Assembly (NCBI GenBank): GCA_965227295.1
Contig: OZ245742.1
Location: 2,848,001 to 2,912,000 of the forward strand
DNA from: Leptonemataceae bacterium
Lineage (GTDB): Bacteria; Spirochaetota; Leptospiria; Leptospirales; Leptonemataceae
Length of the DNA stretch: 64,000 bases
Direction of reading: 5' to 3'
Shown: positions 17,739 through 28,280 of the stretch, piece by piece
Layout of the letters: every line of letters begins with the position of its first letter
How positions within the stretch are numbered: position 1 is the first letter of the stretch
The notes under the pieces: generated by a model
The model's input: only the letters and a program-made list of their open reading frames with translations
The model's database searches: none
Told to the model about the DNA's origin: nothing
Made by a program: the position numbers and the translations under genes

Positions 17739-18312
17739 TCATTTCAATCCGATTTGCAATTCCACGATTGCGTCTTCCGGATCCTGTGCGTCCGGCCCGT
17801 ACAGTTCCAGGTCGCCGGCGTAACTTCGATGCGCCTTCAGTTCCGCGTCGTTCCACACGGACTGCCAGGCTTCGATGACGACGGTCTGCACCGGGCCGCG
17901 CCGGCTCATCAAACGTGCGTAGTTGCCGGCGGGCACCAGGCGGCCGGTCATGCCTTCGGGTATGTCGTCGAGGTTCGTTGTCAGCGCGCCGATGACGATG
18001 CGATACGGCCCGCCTGCGTCACTTTCCAGGTCCGTATAGAGGACGGCGATGCCGGACTGCGCGCGATTCGGAATGCGTTCGCCGACGCCCCGGGGTCAAA
18101 CCGAACTGTTTCTGAAAGGCTCGCGCGAACGATTCCGGCGATTCGTACTGAAATTCCAGGGCTACGTCGATCACCTTTGCATTGTCGAGCAAGAGAGCGC
18201 GGCCCGCCTCGGCCAGGCGTCGCTGCCGCAGATAAGCAGCCACGGAGCAACCGGTGATGTAGCTGAACACGCGCTGGAAGTGCCACTGCGAAGGCCCGCC
18301 GTCCACCGCCAC
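17739..18312 (-). pseudogene. AraC/Rob-type regulator with GyrI-like effector domain; 5'-truncated, internally deleted and frameshifted
   Basis: The AraC HTH (WHFQRVF..YLRQRRL..YESPESFARAFQKQFGLTPG) switches frame near 18090 into a GyrI-like domain (GVGERIPN..LYTDLESD..YRIVIG..IPEGMTGRLVPAGNYA..WQSVW..DLELY). Confidence 0.75.
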
Positions 18313-18359
18313 GCGCTGCGCTTGCTGGACAAAACAAGTGCTCCGTTTACGGTCGCCCC

Positions 18360-19232
18360 ATGCCGAAACACGAAATCTCCGTCTCGCCGCCCCGGGCCGC
18401 CGATCTGGATACCCAGCGCCACGTCACCTCACGCACGTACGAATCCTATTGCTGGGAAGGTCGCTACGCCCTGCTTGCCGGGCAGGGCTACGGGAACGAG
18501 CGCTTAATCGAAGAAAAAATTCTGTTACGGCCCGTGGGCACGTCCATGCGCTTCTTTCGCGAGCAGATGCCCGGCGCCGCGCTGAAGGTGCGCACGGAGC
18601 TGATTCCGGGGGACGGAGCGGACCTGGCCTTCGTGCAGGAGGTCGTCGAGGCCGACAGCGGGGCGACCGCCTGCCGCATCGTCACGCACGTCCGTGGTGA
18701 GGTCGACGGCGCCGCGCAGCGTCTCGCGCTCGCGCCCACTTCGGCAACCGGGGAGGACGACGCCTGGACGGCGGATCCGTTAACCGCTCCTCCGAAGAAG
18801 TTTGCCGGTGACAATCAACGCGTCAGCGCGCCGGCGATCATGCTCTACAGTGAACGCACGCCGTTTTTCGATCATCCCCCCGCGGCGTTGTGGCGCATCG
18901 CCGAGGAAGGGCGCTGGCACTTCAGTTATGCCGTCGGCCTGGATCAAAAGAAGATCTACGAGACCGACACGGTAACGTTCTTCACGTCGGCGAACTTCGA
19001 GTTTTACCGCATACCCCGCGGCGGGGAGGAGATGATCATCCACACCTGGATCGAGAGCATCGAGAAAATTCGCTGTTTCATGCGCCAGGATATCGAGACG
19101 AAACAGGGCGAGCTGTTGTTTTCCGTGCGCGAGGAACAGTTGATCGTGAGCCTGAGCCGCCGCCGGCCGCGCAAGGCCCCGCCGGAGTTTGTGGGAATGA
19201 TCGCGGATTATATGGAAACAGCGCCGGCTTGA
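18360..19232 (+). CDS. Double hot-dog acyl-CoA/acyl-ACP thioesterase
   Basis: RAADLDTQRHV..YESYCWEGR and a second repeat YSERTPF..AEEGRW. Confidence 0.75.
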   Translation: MPKHEISVSPPRAADLDTQRHVTSRTYESYCWEGRYALLAGQGYGNERLIEEKILLRPVGTSMRFFREQMPGAALKVRTELIPGDGADLAFVQEVVEADSGATACRIVTHVRGEVDGAAQRLALAPTSATGEDDAWTADPLTAPPKKFAGDNQRVSAPAIMLYSERTPFFDHPPAALWRIAEEGRWHFSYAVGLDQKKIYETDTVTFFTSANFEFYRIPRGGEEMIIHTWIESIEKIRCFMRQDIETKQGELLFSVREEQLIVSLSRRRPRKAPPEFVGMIADYMETAPA

Positions 19233-19284
19233 GGGCGCACGATTATGATTGCATCGCAGGACGCGTCGATCAGAATAACGACCC

Positions 19285-20904
19285 ATGATGTATCCGCGCC
19301 TTCCCGGTGAAGCGGCCTGTTTTTTGTTGCTGCTGACCGTATTCGTTTTCAGTTTCTGCGGTCCGCCGAAACCGACGGACGTGCCCGATCGCATCGGCGA
19401 GGAGGAACTCGAAGCCGTGCCGCCCTACAGTGAAGTCGAACCGCTGCTGTCCGCCGAAGAATGGCAGGTTCGCTCGAATGCCGTCCTCGACGTGAGTCGC
19501 GGCAAGTATCGAGAAGCGATCCCGCGGCTCATGGCCATGCTCGGCCCCGACGAACATCCGGCCGTGCGCAATACCGCCGCCCTGGCGCTCGCCGACTTCG
19601 AGCACGCCCCGGCCGGCCCGAAGATCGAAGCGCTGCTGTCCCGCACCGCCGTCGATGGCGGGAATCCGCAGTTTCTCATGGACGCCCTGGTGCGCCTGGG
19701 CGATCCGCGCTTCGCCGGGGCGATCGTGCCGTTCCTGGATTCGGAGCGCAGCGGCCTGCGACTCAAGGCCCAGGACAGCCTCAAACAACTGAACGCCACG
19801 GCCCAGGGCTCGCGCATCTTAAAGATGGCTCAGGAGAACTTAAGATCCGGCGGCGATCCGGAGAAAGCGAAGATCTACGCCATGGCCCTGGGAAACCTTA
19901 AGGTACGCTCCGGCGAAGCTTATCTTCTGGAACTGGCGCGGCGCTCGGAGCCGGGGCCGACCCTGGCCGCGGCCTACCTGGCCCTGGGCCGCGTCGAGAG
20001 TCGGCGCGCGGTGCCCACGCTCATCAACGCGCTGTCGGCGGATTTCGACAAGGGACGGGAGAACGCCGTGGCCGCGCTGATTCAGATCGGCGACGCGGGT
20101 GCGCTCGAACGATTGTACGATCTGCTCGGCCACGAAAACGCCGCCACGCGGTTTGCGGCGGCGGAGGTCATCGTCGGGATTCCGCACCGGCGGAGCGGGC
20201 CGGCGGTGCTCGCGATTCTCGCAGAGGGGTCGCCGCGGGCCACGGCACCGGCGGCGTACGTCCTCGGACGATTGAAGTACGAGCCGGCACGTAAAATCAT
20301 ATCAGTAAAACTTAAGGATCCGAAGCATGCGGATCGTGAGGCCCTGGCCCGGGCCTTGGGCTGGTTGGGGGCCCCGGAGGAACATCCCGAGACCACGGCC
20401 CTCTTGATCGACGTCCTGGGCGAAAACGGCGGGGAAGGCCGGTACGGGGCGGCCTGGTCCCTGGGCATTCTCGGAGTTCCCGAGGCTCTCGAACCGTTAC
20501 GTCGCGCGGCGCGGAGTGACGATCGCAAGCTGGCGTTGCTCGCCGTCGAAGCCCTGGGCGGGCTCCGCACACCGGCGGCCCTGCCGGATCTGGAACGCGC
20601 GGTCAAAGGCAACGCCGCCGTACGTTACGCGGCACTGGACAGCATCGCTTCGATCCCCGGCGACGAGGCGCGTCTCATCCTCGAAGGTTTCGCCACCGGC
20701 ACCGATCCGGACATCCAGCTCGTGGCCGTGCGTGCCCTGGGCACGCGCCGGGAGGAGCAATCGGTACCGCTGCTCGTTAACATCGTACAGGATGCATCTA
20801 CGGAAACGGCCCGGGCCGCGATGTTAAGCCTGCGCTCGATTACGGGGCAGGATTTTGAATCGCGGAGTCAGTGGGTTCATTGGTTCGAAGTTCAGAATCG
20901 CTAG
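19285..20904 (+). CDS. HEAT-repeat lipoprotein
   Basis: Lipobox-like FSFC and many PBS-HEAT repeats (VRNTAALALA, RYGAAWSLG, AVRALG). Confidence 0.85.
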   Translation: MMYPRLPGEAACFLLLLTVFVFSFCGPPKPTDVPDRIGEEELEAVPPYSEVEPLLSAEEWQVRSNAVLDVSRGKYREAIPRLMAMLGPDEHPAVRNTAALALADFEHAPAGPKIEALLSRTAVDGGNPQFLMDALVRLGDPRFAGAIVPFLDSERSGLRLKAQDSLKQLNATAQGSRILKMAQENLRSGGDPEKAKIYAMALGNLKVRSGEAYLLELARRSEPGPTLAAAYLALGRVESRRAVPTLINALSADFDKGRENAVAALIQIGDAGALERLYDLLGHENAATRFAAAEVIVGIPHRRSGPAVLAILAEGSPRATAPAAYVLGRLKYEPARKIISVKLKDPKHADREALARALGWLGAPEEHPETTALLIDVLGENGGEGRYGAAWSLGILGVPEALEPLRRAARSDDRKLALLAVEALGGLRTPAALPDLERAVKGNAAVRYAALDSIASIPGDEARLILEGFATGTDPDIQLVAVRALGTRREEQSVPLLVNIVQDASTETARAAMLSLRSITGQDFESRSQWVHWFEVQNR

Positions 20905-21409
20905 TTTCCGGGACGCCGGGCGACGATGTGCCTGACGCACCCGGCGCGACTGGCGCGGGTGTCGGCGTGAACTTCGGCGTCATGTTCCAGGCCAAAAAGA
21001 GCAGGATCGCCATCGTCATCGCCATGACCAGGCGATCGCTGACGTAGGCCTTCACGAAGGACTCGGGCATACGCAGTTCGTAGAGCTTGCGTTTGATGTA
21101 CTCGTAGCCGGCGGTGAACCAGGCCAACAGCAAAAAGGCCGAGGCCATGAACGGGATCGCCTCCCGGCCGACGAAGAACGGCAGGCGAAACGAAACGAGA
21201 ATCACCGGCAACAGGATGATGCCGATCACCGAGAACTGGATCATCCGGATGCGCATGAAGCCCTGGTTCAGGCGCTGCTTCGCGCCGTCGTCGAGGGCCA
21301 TAAGTTCGCTGTGAATGCGCCGGCGCACGCTGATCACACTGAAGACCAGGAGGGCCAGTACGGCGAAGCGGATGTACGGGGAGTTTGAGAGATAGATGAG
21401 ATATTCCAT
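20840..21409 (-). CDS. Hypothetical membrane protein
   Basis: Four hydrophobic segments and coding-like codon usage. The 3' end overlaps the convergent HEAT gene. Confidence 0.65.
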   Translation of the reverse strand: MEYLIYLSNSPYIRFAVLALLVFSVISVRRRIHSELMALDDGAKQRLNQGFMRIRMIQFSVIGIILLPVILVSFRLPFFVGREAIPFMASAFLLLAWFTAGYEYIKRKLYELRMPESFVKAYVSDRLVMAMTMAILLFLAWNMTPKFTPTPAPVAPGASGTSSPGVPETSDSELRTNEPTDSAIQNPAP

Positions 21410-21421
21410 GACGTTGTTGTT

Positions 21422-23113
21422 TTAAGTTTCCTGCGTTGATGTTTCCGTATCGCCCGACACCGCGCCGCCTTCCGCGGTTTCCTCCGCGTTGCCGATGCGA
21501 GCGGTAAGGCGTTTGCTGGCATCGCTCAGGGCGTCGGCGGTGCGGCGTAGTTGTTCGGAGGACTGCACGTATTTTTCCGAGGACGCGTTGATGGAGTCGA
21601 TGGCGTTCAGGATTTCCCGGGCGCCGTTGAGTTGCTCAGTGGTGGCGTCCCGCATGTCCCGGGCCATGCTCTGAATGCGCGACGTCTGTGAGAGGACCTT
21701 CTTGCTGGCCTCGGTTTGCCGCGAGACCATGCGGTCCGAGCGGGCAATGAGTTCGGCAATGTCTTTGATGCCGGTAATGATCGATTGAATGGCCGCTAAG
21801 GTACTACTGGTAGAAGCTACGCCGTTCTCGGTGACCTCCTGGGTCTCGCGGATCATGCGTTCGATTTCCCGGGCGTTGCGGGACGAGAGCTCGGCCAGTT
21901 TGCCCACCTCGTCCGCGACCACGGAGAAACCGCGGCCTTCTTCGCCGGCCCGGGCAGCCTCGATGGCGGCATTGAGGGCGAGCAGGTTCGTTTTTTCGGC
22001 GATGTCGTTGATGATCGTGACGCTGTCGGCCACGCGATTGGAACTCTCCTGAATACTCTCGATGAGTCGGACCGCCCCGCTGAGTTCCTGTTCGCCGCGC
22101 TCCGCCAGTTCGATCGTCGAGCCCGCGCGCATGGTGGCGTCTTTGCTCACCTGCGCGATGTCCTCGACGAGACCATCCAGTTCGCGCATGGACGCCTCGT
22201 TCTGATCGCACAGCTCATCCTGAACTTTCGCCTTGTCCGCGATGCTGCGAGTCGAGGCGGACATTTGTTCCATGGTGGCCGACGTTTCTTCGATTGCCGC
22301 CATCTGGTCCCGGCCGAGATCTTCGTTCGCCACGGTGACGTCGCCGAGTTCGTCGACCATGTCGTCCAGGTCGCCGGCGATGCGTTTCGTTTCGTGCATG
22401 AGCGTGCTCAAATCTCCCAGGCGGCTTTCGGCGTCGTCCTCGGAGGATTGGGCTTTCAGCAAAAGTTCGCGAATGTAAGCCGCGGCCGCCGCGAGTACGA
22501 TGGACGTTACGATCACAAAGAAGATGGAGATGATGGAGTCGCTGATGCTGATCGTCCGCGGATCGGCATTGGCCGAGCCCGACACGAATTCCAGGGGCAG
22601 GGCGGTCATGAGGGTCGAAAAAATGATCAGTTGAACGATGACGCTCACACCGCCGGTGATCAGGCAGAAGAGCGGCTGAAATCGGAGGGTGCTTCCGGCC
22701 AGGATCAGAAAATAGATGGCGTAAAGGTTGCGGCCGCGGAGCGGGCTGACCCACTGATCTTCCGGTGCGTAGATGTAACTGATGTTCACGAGCAGGAAGC
22801 CGGAGAATTCGAGGATCAGCGCGACGTACTTCCAGTACGGATGGTAACGGCGAATGCGCAGCAGGATGGTGGAGACCACGAGAGTAATCACGAAGGCGCC
22901 GATGCCGCCGATGAAATAAACGAGATTGGTCTGATTGATGAGACCGTCGCTGTATGCGATGGCGGTGGCCGCGGCGAAAATGGCGATGAGAAAGATGCGC
23001 AGGTAATTGTAGGTTTTCTCGCCGCGTATCTCTAATTGATAGCGGGCGAGATGGATGCGGGTCATCTTTGCGGCGGCCTCGAAGGAGGCGGTCTGATAGC
23101 TCGTACCGGGCAT
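21422..23113 (-). CDS. Methyl-accepting chemotaxis protein, multi-TM N-terminus
   Basis: [38 protein letters not shown] signalling hairpin. The start is uncertain (23113 or 23065). Confidence 0.92.
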   Translation of the reverse strand: MPGTSYQTASFEAAAKMTRIHLARYQLEIRGEKTYNYLRIFLIAIFAAATAIAYSDGLINQTNLVYFIGGIGAFVITLVVSTILLRIRRYHPYWKYVALILEFSGFLLVNISYIYAPEDQWVSPLRGRNLYAIYFLILAGSTLRFQPLFCLITGGVSVIVQLIIFSTLMTALPLEFVSGSANADPRTISISDSIISIFFVIVTSIVLAAAAAYIRELLLKAQSSEDDAESRLGDLSTLMHETKRIAGDLDDMVDELGDVTVANEDLGRDQMAAIEETSATMEQMSASTRSIADKAKVQDELCDQNEASMRELDGLVEDIAQVSKDATMRAGSTIELAERGEQELSGAVRLIESIQESSNRVADSVTIINDIAEKTNLLALNAAIEAARAGEEGRGFSVVADEVGKLAELSSRNAREIERMIRETQEVTENGVASTSSTLAAIQSIITGIKDIAELIARSDRMVSRQTEASKKVLSQTSRIQSMARDMRDATTEQLNGAREILNAIDSINASSEKYVQSSEQLRRTADALSDASKRLTARIGNAEETAEGGAVSGDTETSTQET

Positions 23114-23203
23114 TGCGACACGTGCGTACTTTCGCGGCAATCCGGCAAGCAGAACTGCCGGCTGCTTTCTTGACTCCGGCGGGAATCTTGATTTTCTGGT
23201 TCT

Positions 23204-24307
23204 ATGCTCCTGTCTAATCCCCCGGCACTACTCGTCCTCGAAAACGGAACGTACTTTCGCGGTTCCTCCTTCGGTTATGAAGGCAAATCCTTCGGCGAAG
23301 TCTGTTTTAACACGTCCATGACCGGCTATCAGGAGATCTTAACGGATCCGTCCTACAAACGCCAGATCGTCACCATGACCTACCCCATGCAGGGCAACTA
23401 CGGCGTAAACGAAGAGGAGAATGAGAGCCGCGGCGTTCAGGTGAGCGGCTTCGTTGTTAAGGAGTACGTCCCGGAGCCCAGCAACTGGAACGCAACGAAG
23501 AGCCTCGGCGACTTCCTGAAAGAATATGAGGTGCCGGGCATTCAGGGCCTCGACACGCGGCGCCTGGTGCTGATGCTGCGTAATGAGGGAGCCATGCGGG
23601 GCGGTATTTTTGTCGGTCAGGAGTACAGTGAGGCCCTGGTCGAAGAAGTGCGGTCACAGCCTGCAATGCTCGGGCTGGATCTGGCATCCGAGGTCACCAC
23701 GGCCGAGCCATACGACTTCGGCGATTCCGCCGGGAAGAAATACTCGGTGGCGGTGCTGGACTTCGGCGTGAAAACGAACATCCTGCGCCTCCTGGAAAAA
23801 AACGGCTTTGCCGTTAAGGTGTTCCCGGCGAAAACTAAGTACGAAGAACTTCAGAGCGGCAATTTTGACGCTTACTTTCTTTCCAATGGCCCCGGGGATC
23901 CCGAACCGTTGGAGTATGCCGTGGAAACGACGCGCGCTCTCATCGGCGAAGGCAAGCCGATCTTCGGGATTTGTCTGGGGCACCAGATCATCGGCCTTGC
24001 CACCGGACGGGAATCGTTCAAGCTAAAGTTCGGCCATCGCGGCGGCAACCAGCCCGTTAAGAATCACAAGACCGGTCGTGTGGAGATCACGTCCCAGAAC
24101 CACGGCTTCTGTATTTCGGACAGCAAGTCCGGCGAAGTCAACGTGACTCACATCAATCTGAACGATCAGACTATTGAAGGCTTCCGTGACGACAAGCGGC
24201 CGATCATGTGCGTCCAGTATCACCCCGAAGCGGCGCCCGGCCCGCACGATGCGGCGTACCTCTTTAAAGATTTCTACGAACTCGTAGAGTCACACTACGC
24301 GAAGTAG
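23204..24307 (+). CDS. carA: Carbamoyl-phosphate synthase small subunit
   Basis: [41 protein letters not shown]. Confidence 0.97.
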   Translation: MLLSNPPALLVLENGTYFRGSSFGYEGKSFGEVCFNTSMTGYQEILTDPSYKRQIVTMTYPMQGNYGVNEEENESRGVQVSGFVVKEYVPEPSNWNATKSLGDFLKEYEVPGIQGLDTRRLVLMLRNEGAMRGGIFVGQEYSEALVEEVRSQPAMLGLDLASEVTTAEPYDFGDSAGKKYSVAVLDFGVKTNILRLLEKNGFAVKVFPAKTKYEELQSGNFDAYFLSNGPGDPEPLEYAVETTRALIGEGKPIFGICLGHQIIGLATGRESFKLKFGHRGGNQPVKNHKTGRVEITSQNHGFCISDSKSGEVNVTHINLNDQTIEGFRDDKRPIMCVQYHPEAAPGPHDAAYLFKDFYELVESHYAK

Positions 24308-24365
24308 AAGCGCCAACCGGCGGCTTACCACGTCGTCGGCGGGCGGACTTAAGATTGACTGCACC

Positions 24366-24962
24366 TCAGGGTGGTCGTGTGAGGCTGCCCTGTAGTTGTT
24401 TTCGGTCCTGTATATATGCCCATCTCAGGTTGCCCGGCAATGCCTTCCATTGACATGGTTGCAATTTGAGTCTGCGTTCGTAGCGATTCTGAAATACATA
24501 TATGCGTTCTGTATATTGTATGTAAGAAGGGTAGTTCGCATCATATGCCTCCAGCGAACTTGTCGGAACTCCGACAAATCGTTCCGCACCCCCTGCGGCT
24601 TCCAATCGAAGCAACCAGGTAAAGAGAAAGCAACGAGATACACCGAGAAAGGCCGCGATCTGGCCGAGTTCGATCCAGATTTCATTTTCGATACGGAACG
24701 CAACTCGAACAGGTTGAAGGCCGGGTGACTGATAGCGGCGCTTTACGGATCCGAACTGCGGGATGCCGTAACTCAAACAAGTCGCCCTGTATTTGCGCAC
24801 CAGAACCCGGATGTATTTGGACATGCTGTAGTTCTTTTCTTCCAGAATCCGCAGCAGATCCCTGTGAAGTTCTGCCGGAACAAGGACCGTACACGGAGAG
24901 TTCGGCCTGCCTTTAGTGGCACGCGCGAAAGTAAGATTGCTCTGAAAGCGAAGTGGATTCAT
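24366..24962 (-). CDS. DUF1564-family protein (Leptospira-type, ribbon-helix-helix-like)
   Basis: YQxPG..FRI..W.EL..AA.LGVSRCFLF..LLRLE pattern. AT-richer than its neighbours. RBS GAGAGG before ATG 24962. Confidence 0.75.
   Translation of the reverse strand: MNPLRFQSNLTFARATKGRPNSPCTVLVPAELHRDLLRILEEKNYSMSKYIRVLVRKYRATCLSYGIPQFGSVKRRYQSPGLQPVRVAFRIENEIWIELGQIAAFLGVSRCFLFTWLLRLEAAGGAERFVGVPTSSLEAYDANYPSYIQYTERIYVFQNRYERRLKLQPCQWKALPGNLRWAYIQDRKQLQGSLTRPP
24561..24576. repeat. 16-bp palindromic repeat copy TGTCGGAACTCCGACA, inside the DUF1564 gene
   Basis: Perfect 7-bp arms around AC, extended by a T/A flank. Confidence 0.85.
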
Positions 24963-25040
24963 GAACGGGCCTCTCTGTTGAGAGGTATTCCCGGATGCGA
25001 ATCGTGCCGCACAAAATGCTCGCGGATCCAAAAAATAGCG

Positions 25041-25056
25041 TGTAGGAACTCCGACT
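25041..25056. repeat. 16-bp palindromic repeat copy TGTAGGAACTCCGACT, between the NUDIX stop and DUF1564
   Basis: Matches the consensus TGTMGGA(AC/GT)TCYKACA at 15/16. Confidence 0.8.
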
Positions 25057-25457
25057 CAGAGTTCCTGAGGCAACCCCTCAATCATCCTGACTAATTCGGC
25101 GTTCTTGATTTTTCGCGCCGCTTTCTCAAGAGAAAACCAGCGCCGTTTGCGTTCATCTTTTTCGAGCCAATCATCGAAAACCTCGGTGACGCGCAGCAGA
25201 AAGACGTCGACTTGCCGATCGTGGCCGTACTTCGAATAGCGGTACGAACCCACGCAGCGATCCAGCAGCTCTCCGCGCACGCCGGCTTCCTCGTCTGCTT
25301 CGCGGGCCGCACTTTCGGCCGGCGAGAGGTACGGTTCGACATGACCTTTCGGAACGATCCAGCGACCGTCGGTTCGAGAAGTAATTAACAAAATCTGAAG
25401 TCCGCCGTCTTTCTCGCGAAACGGAATAACGGCGGACTGTCGGATTGGTTCATGCAT
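25056..25457 (-). CDS. NUDIX hydrolase (DIPP/Ap6A-like)
   Basis: Nudix box PKGHVEPYLSPAESAAREADEEAG; LLITSR. Confidence 0.92.
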   Translation of the reverse strand: MHEPIRQSAVIPFREKDGGLQILLITSRTDGRWIVPKGHVEPYLSPAESAAREADEEAGVRGELLDRCVGSYRYSKYGHDRQVDVFLLRVTEVFDDWLEKDERKRRWFSLEKAARKIKNAELVRMIEGLPQEL

Positions 25458-25458
25458 G

Positions 25459-27414
25459 TTACTCTGCGAGGATCGTGAATGATACGCGCCGGTTTTGCCG
25501 CCGGCCTTCGGCAGTGTCGTTCGTGGCGACAGGTTTATCCGGACCGAAGCCGCGAACCTTCAGCCGCCCCGCTTTCACCCCGCGTTGCACCAGGTAATCA
25601 CGCACCGACGACGCCCGGTCCTCGCTCAGTTTGATGTTGCGTGCCCGATTGCCCGTACTATCAGTATGGCCCTGGATTTCAATACGGAGCCCGGGCGTTT
25701 TCTTCAGCAACTCCGCGAACTGGTTCAATTCCGCGGCGGAGTCCGCGGTCAACTCCGCACTGCCCGTACGAAAGTTGATGTTGTTGATGATGATTTCCGC
25801 CCCGCTCCGGCGGGCCTCCTCAATCGAAGTCAGCGGGATCGTTACGCTCTCTTCGGAGTAAGCCCCGTCATTGCCGGCGGTGAGTGACCGCGAGTTTGAA
25901 AGATAGCCGTCTTTGGTTGCATAATAAACGTAACTGCGTCCACGGGGCAGGGCGATGAAAAACTCGCCGGTGTCCCAGCGGCTGGACAGTCGACCAAGCA
26001 GTTCACCACTCTCACGATCCCGCCACTCAATGTTCGCGGCCAGAGGCTCGCCGCTCTGAGCATCCACGACCTTGCCGCGTACGGCGGTCACCGAACTCTC
26101 CGGCTGCGCTCGCTTCGGTAACGGCACCACACGGTAGATATCGTCGCCGCCCAGATTGTCATCGTGTTTCCCGGAGAACCAGCCGTGATCAGCGGCCGCG
26201 GTGAGTCGAAAGCCCCAGTCGGTACCGGCGCCGTTCACGACCTTGCCGACGTTTCGCGGCGGGGACCAGCGTTGCCATGAATCATCCAGCCGCACGGTCT
26301 TGTAGATATCCATGTCACCGAAGCCGGCGTCGTAGCCGTTCGAACTAAAGTACAACGTACGTCCGTCACTGTGCAGAAACGGAGCACGCTCGGAGCCCGG
26401 AGTATTCACGAACGCCCCGAGGTTCACCGGACGACTAAACCCGCCGTCCTCCTGTACGAAGCTGATATACAGATCCGTGTTCCCCCACCAATCGGCGCCG
26501 TAAAAACGGTTCTTCGGCACCACCCCGTAAGGACTACCCGGCCGATCACTGGAAAATATTAAGGCGCGCCCATCGGAAGTTAAGAACGCATCGGATTCGA
26601 AATAGGGCGTGTTGATGGGAGCCGGCAGGGGCTGCAGCCGCGACCAGCCGGACGGGGTGGAAACCGTACGGAAAATATCGCCGTTCCCCTTGCTGCCGCG
26701 AAAGTTACCGAAGACAAACAACGCCGAACCGTCCGGAGCGATGGCGTCCGGTCCTTCGTTGTCCGGCGTATTCAGATCGTCCAGAGCCGACGTACGCCAG
26801 CGCCGGCCGTCGTTCGCCTGCCCCCCGTCCGCTTTCACCGACACCCAGATATCTTCGCCGGAGTTGCGTCCGGCCCGGTTGTTCGCCGTAAAGTACAACC
26901 GATCTCCGCTGGGTTCAGGAATGGGCAGGTACTCGGCTGTGGAACTGTTTAATGAATCGCCGGGATTCAGAATTTGCACATCGCCTTCCGGCTCCTCCAG
27001 CATGGAGATGATCTCATCGATGGCCGCCCCGCGTTCGGGAAAATCCCCGCGGTTCTCCCGCCAGATCTGCGCCGCCCGGCTGTAGTCGCCGTCTTCCATG
27101 GCGAAGCCCGCGAGCCTCTGCACGATGAGCCAGCGTGCGTAGGGTTGCGCTTCTTCGCTCGCCAGGAACTCGGCCATGGAGCGGCGATTGTTCGTGCTGT
27201 TTCCCGTGGCGTAGAACGTACGGAGCCAGCCGGCATCCAGGCCCTGGCGCCAGGCAAAGGCCGCGCTGCGTCTTCGGGCCTCGGCTTCCAGGTTGCGGCT
27301 GTTTGTCGAATCTTGAGAGCGGAGCGCGTGTTCCGGCGCCACGAAGCATAAGGCGCAGGCAGACAACATTAAGAGGGCGATGAACGGGCGACGGCGACGA
27401 CTATGAATCGGCAT
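25459..27414 (-). CDS. OmpA-family protein with PD40/WD40-like propeller
   Basis: PD40 repeats (LIFSSDRPG, LYFSSNG, DIY). OmpA C-terminus IQGHTDS..NIKLSEDRA..NRRV. Confidence 0.9.
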   Translation of the reverse strand: MPIHSRRRRPFIALLMLSACALCFVAPEHALRSQDSTNSRNLEAEARRRSAAFAWRQGLDAGWLRTFYATGNSTNNRRSMAEFLASEEAQPYARWLIVQRLAGFAMEDGDYSRAAQIWRENRGDFPERGAAIDEIISMLEEPEGDVQILNPGDSLNSSTAEYLPIPEPSGDRLYFTANNRAGRNSGEDIWVSVKADGGQANDGRRWRTSALDDLNTPDNEGPDAIAPDGSALFVFGNFRGSKGNGDIFRTVSTPSGWSRLQPLPAPINTPYFESDAFLTSDGRALIFSSDRPGSPYGVVPKNRFYGADWWGNTDLYISFVQEDGGFSRPVNLGAFVNTPGSERAPFLHSDGRTLYFSSNGYDAGFGDMDIYKTVRLDDSWQRWSPPRNVGKVVNGAGTDWGFRLTAAADHGWFSGKHDDNLGGDDIYRVVPLPKRAQPESSVTAVRGKVVDAQSGEPLAANIEWRDRESGELLGRLSSRWDTGEFFIALPRGRSYVYYATKDGYLSNSRSLTAGNDGAYSEESVTIPLTSIEEARRSGAEIIINNINFRTGSAELTADSAAELNQFAELLKKTPGLRIEIQGHTDSTGNRARNIKLSEDRASSVRDYLVQRGVKAGRLKVRGFGPDKPVATNDTAEGRRQNRRVSFTILAE

Positions 27415-27457
27415 GAATCGAAACAATTTCACGAAACGGGATCGCGCAACTACTTCT

Positions 27458-27907
27458 CTAACATTCCAGGGCTTTGAGGAGCCGCGGCGGAGGCGCCACG
27501 GCCTGCCCGGCGGCGTAGTCGTAGAACACGATGCCCGTTTTCGCCCGGGCCACCGGTCGTTCGGAGCCGTCGGCGGACAGCGCAATGACCCGGTAGAATA
27601 GTTCACAGCCCTTGCTGAAGAGTTCGCCCGGCGCCAGCGCAAAGCGCAGCACGTCGCCGAAGTGCGCTTCGGATTCGTACACGACCGCGAGATCTGCCAT
27701 GATCATACCCACGCGGCCGTCCCCATCGAGGTTTAATTCGGCAAGACCGTGAGAGGCGAAGAAGCGGGCGCGCACTTCGTGGAGCAAAGTGACGAGGGAA
27801 TCGTGGCCGAGGTGGCCGCCGAAATTCACATCACCGATACGCACGGGGAATTCCGTGGTGTAGATGAACCGGCCGGGATCCGGCAGGTTGATTTCTACGC
27901 GCGCCAT
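27458..27907 (-). CDS. Hot-dog thioesterase family protein
   Basis: PVRIGDVNFGGHLGHD..LHEVR..YESEAHFGD. Confidence 0.85.
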   Translation of the reverse strand: MARVEINLPDPGRFIYTTEFPVRIGDVNFGGHLGHDSLVTLLHEVRARFFASHGLAELNLDGDGRVGMIMADLAVVYESEAHFGDVLRFALAPGELFSKGCELFYRVIALSADGSERPVARAKTGIVFYDYAAGQAVAPPPRLLKALEC

Positions 27908-27924
27908 CGGTTCGAACGGGCGGA

Positions 27925-28023
27925 TCAGTCCTCGGGGGAGAGGAACCGCAGAACGGCGACGATGGCGCCGAAGCCGAGGGTGAAGGCCATCAGGGCCAGA
28001 AACGAAATCATGCCTGCACTCAT
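27925..28023 (-). CDS. Candidate 32-aa single-pass membrane microprotein
   Basis: MSAGMISFLALMAFTLGFGAIVAVLRFLSPED*. GC3-rich codons; ends 17 nt upstream of the thioesterase start. Confidence 0.45.
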   Translation of the reverse strand: MSAGMISFLALMAFTLGFGAIVAVLRFLSPED

Positions 28024-28280
28024 ACCAGCAGCAGGTTCCGAAGCCCGGTGCCGCGCAAGTAGAATTTCCGGTGAAATCGCGCTGACGCGAGTGGTCCCGG
28101 TACCGCCCCGGGTCGGCGCCGGCCGCGCAGTGGAGGCCCAAAGTCGACCCGAAGCCGCGGAGGTGTGCCGTGGTAACGCAAAACAATCAACTAAATATGT
28201 AGTTTTACATACGAAAGGGTATGTCGATGATGCGCCGACATTTAACCTGTTAATTTATTTAACCAGGAGGCTAAAAAATA

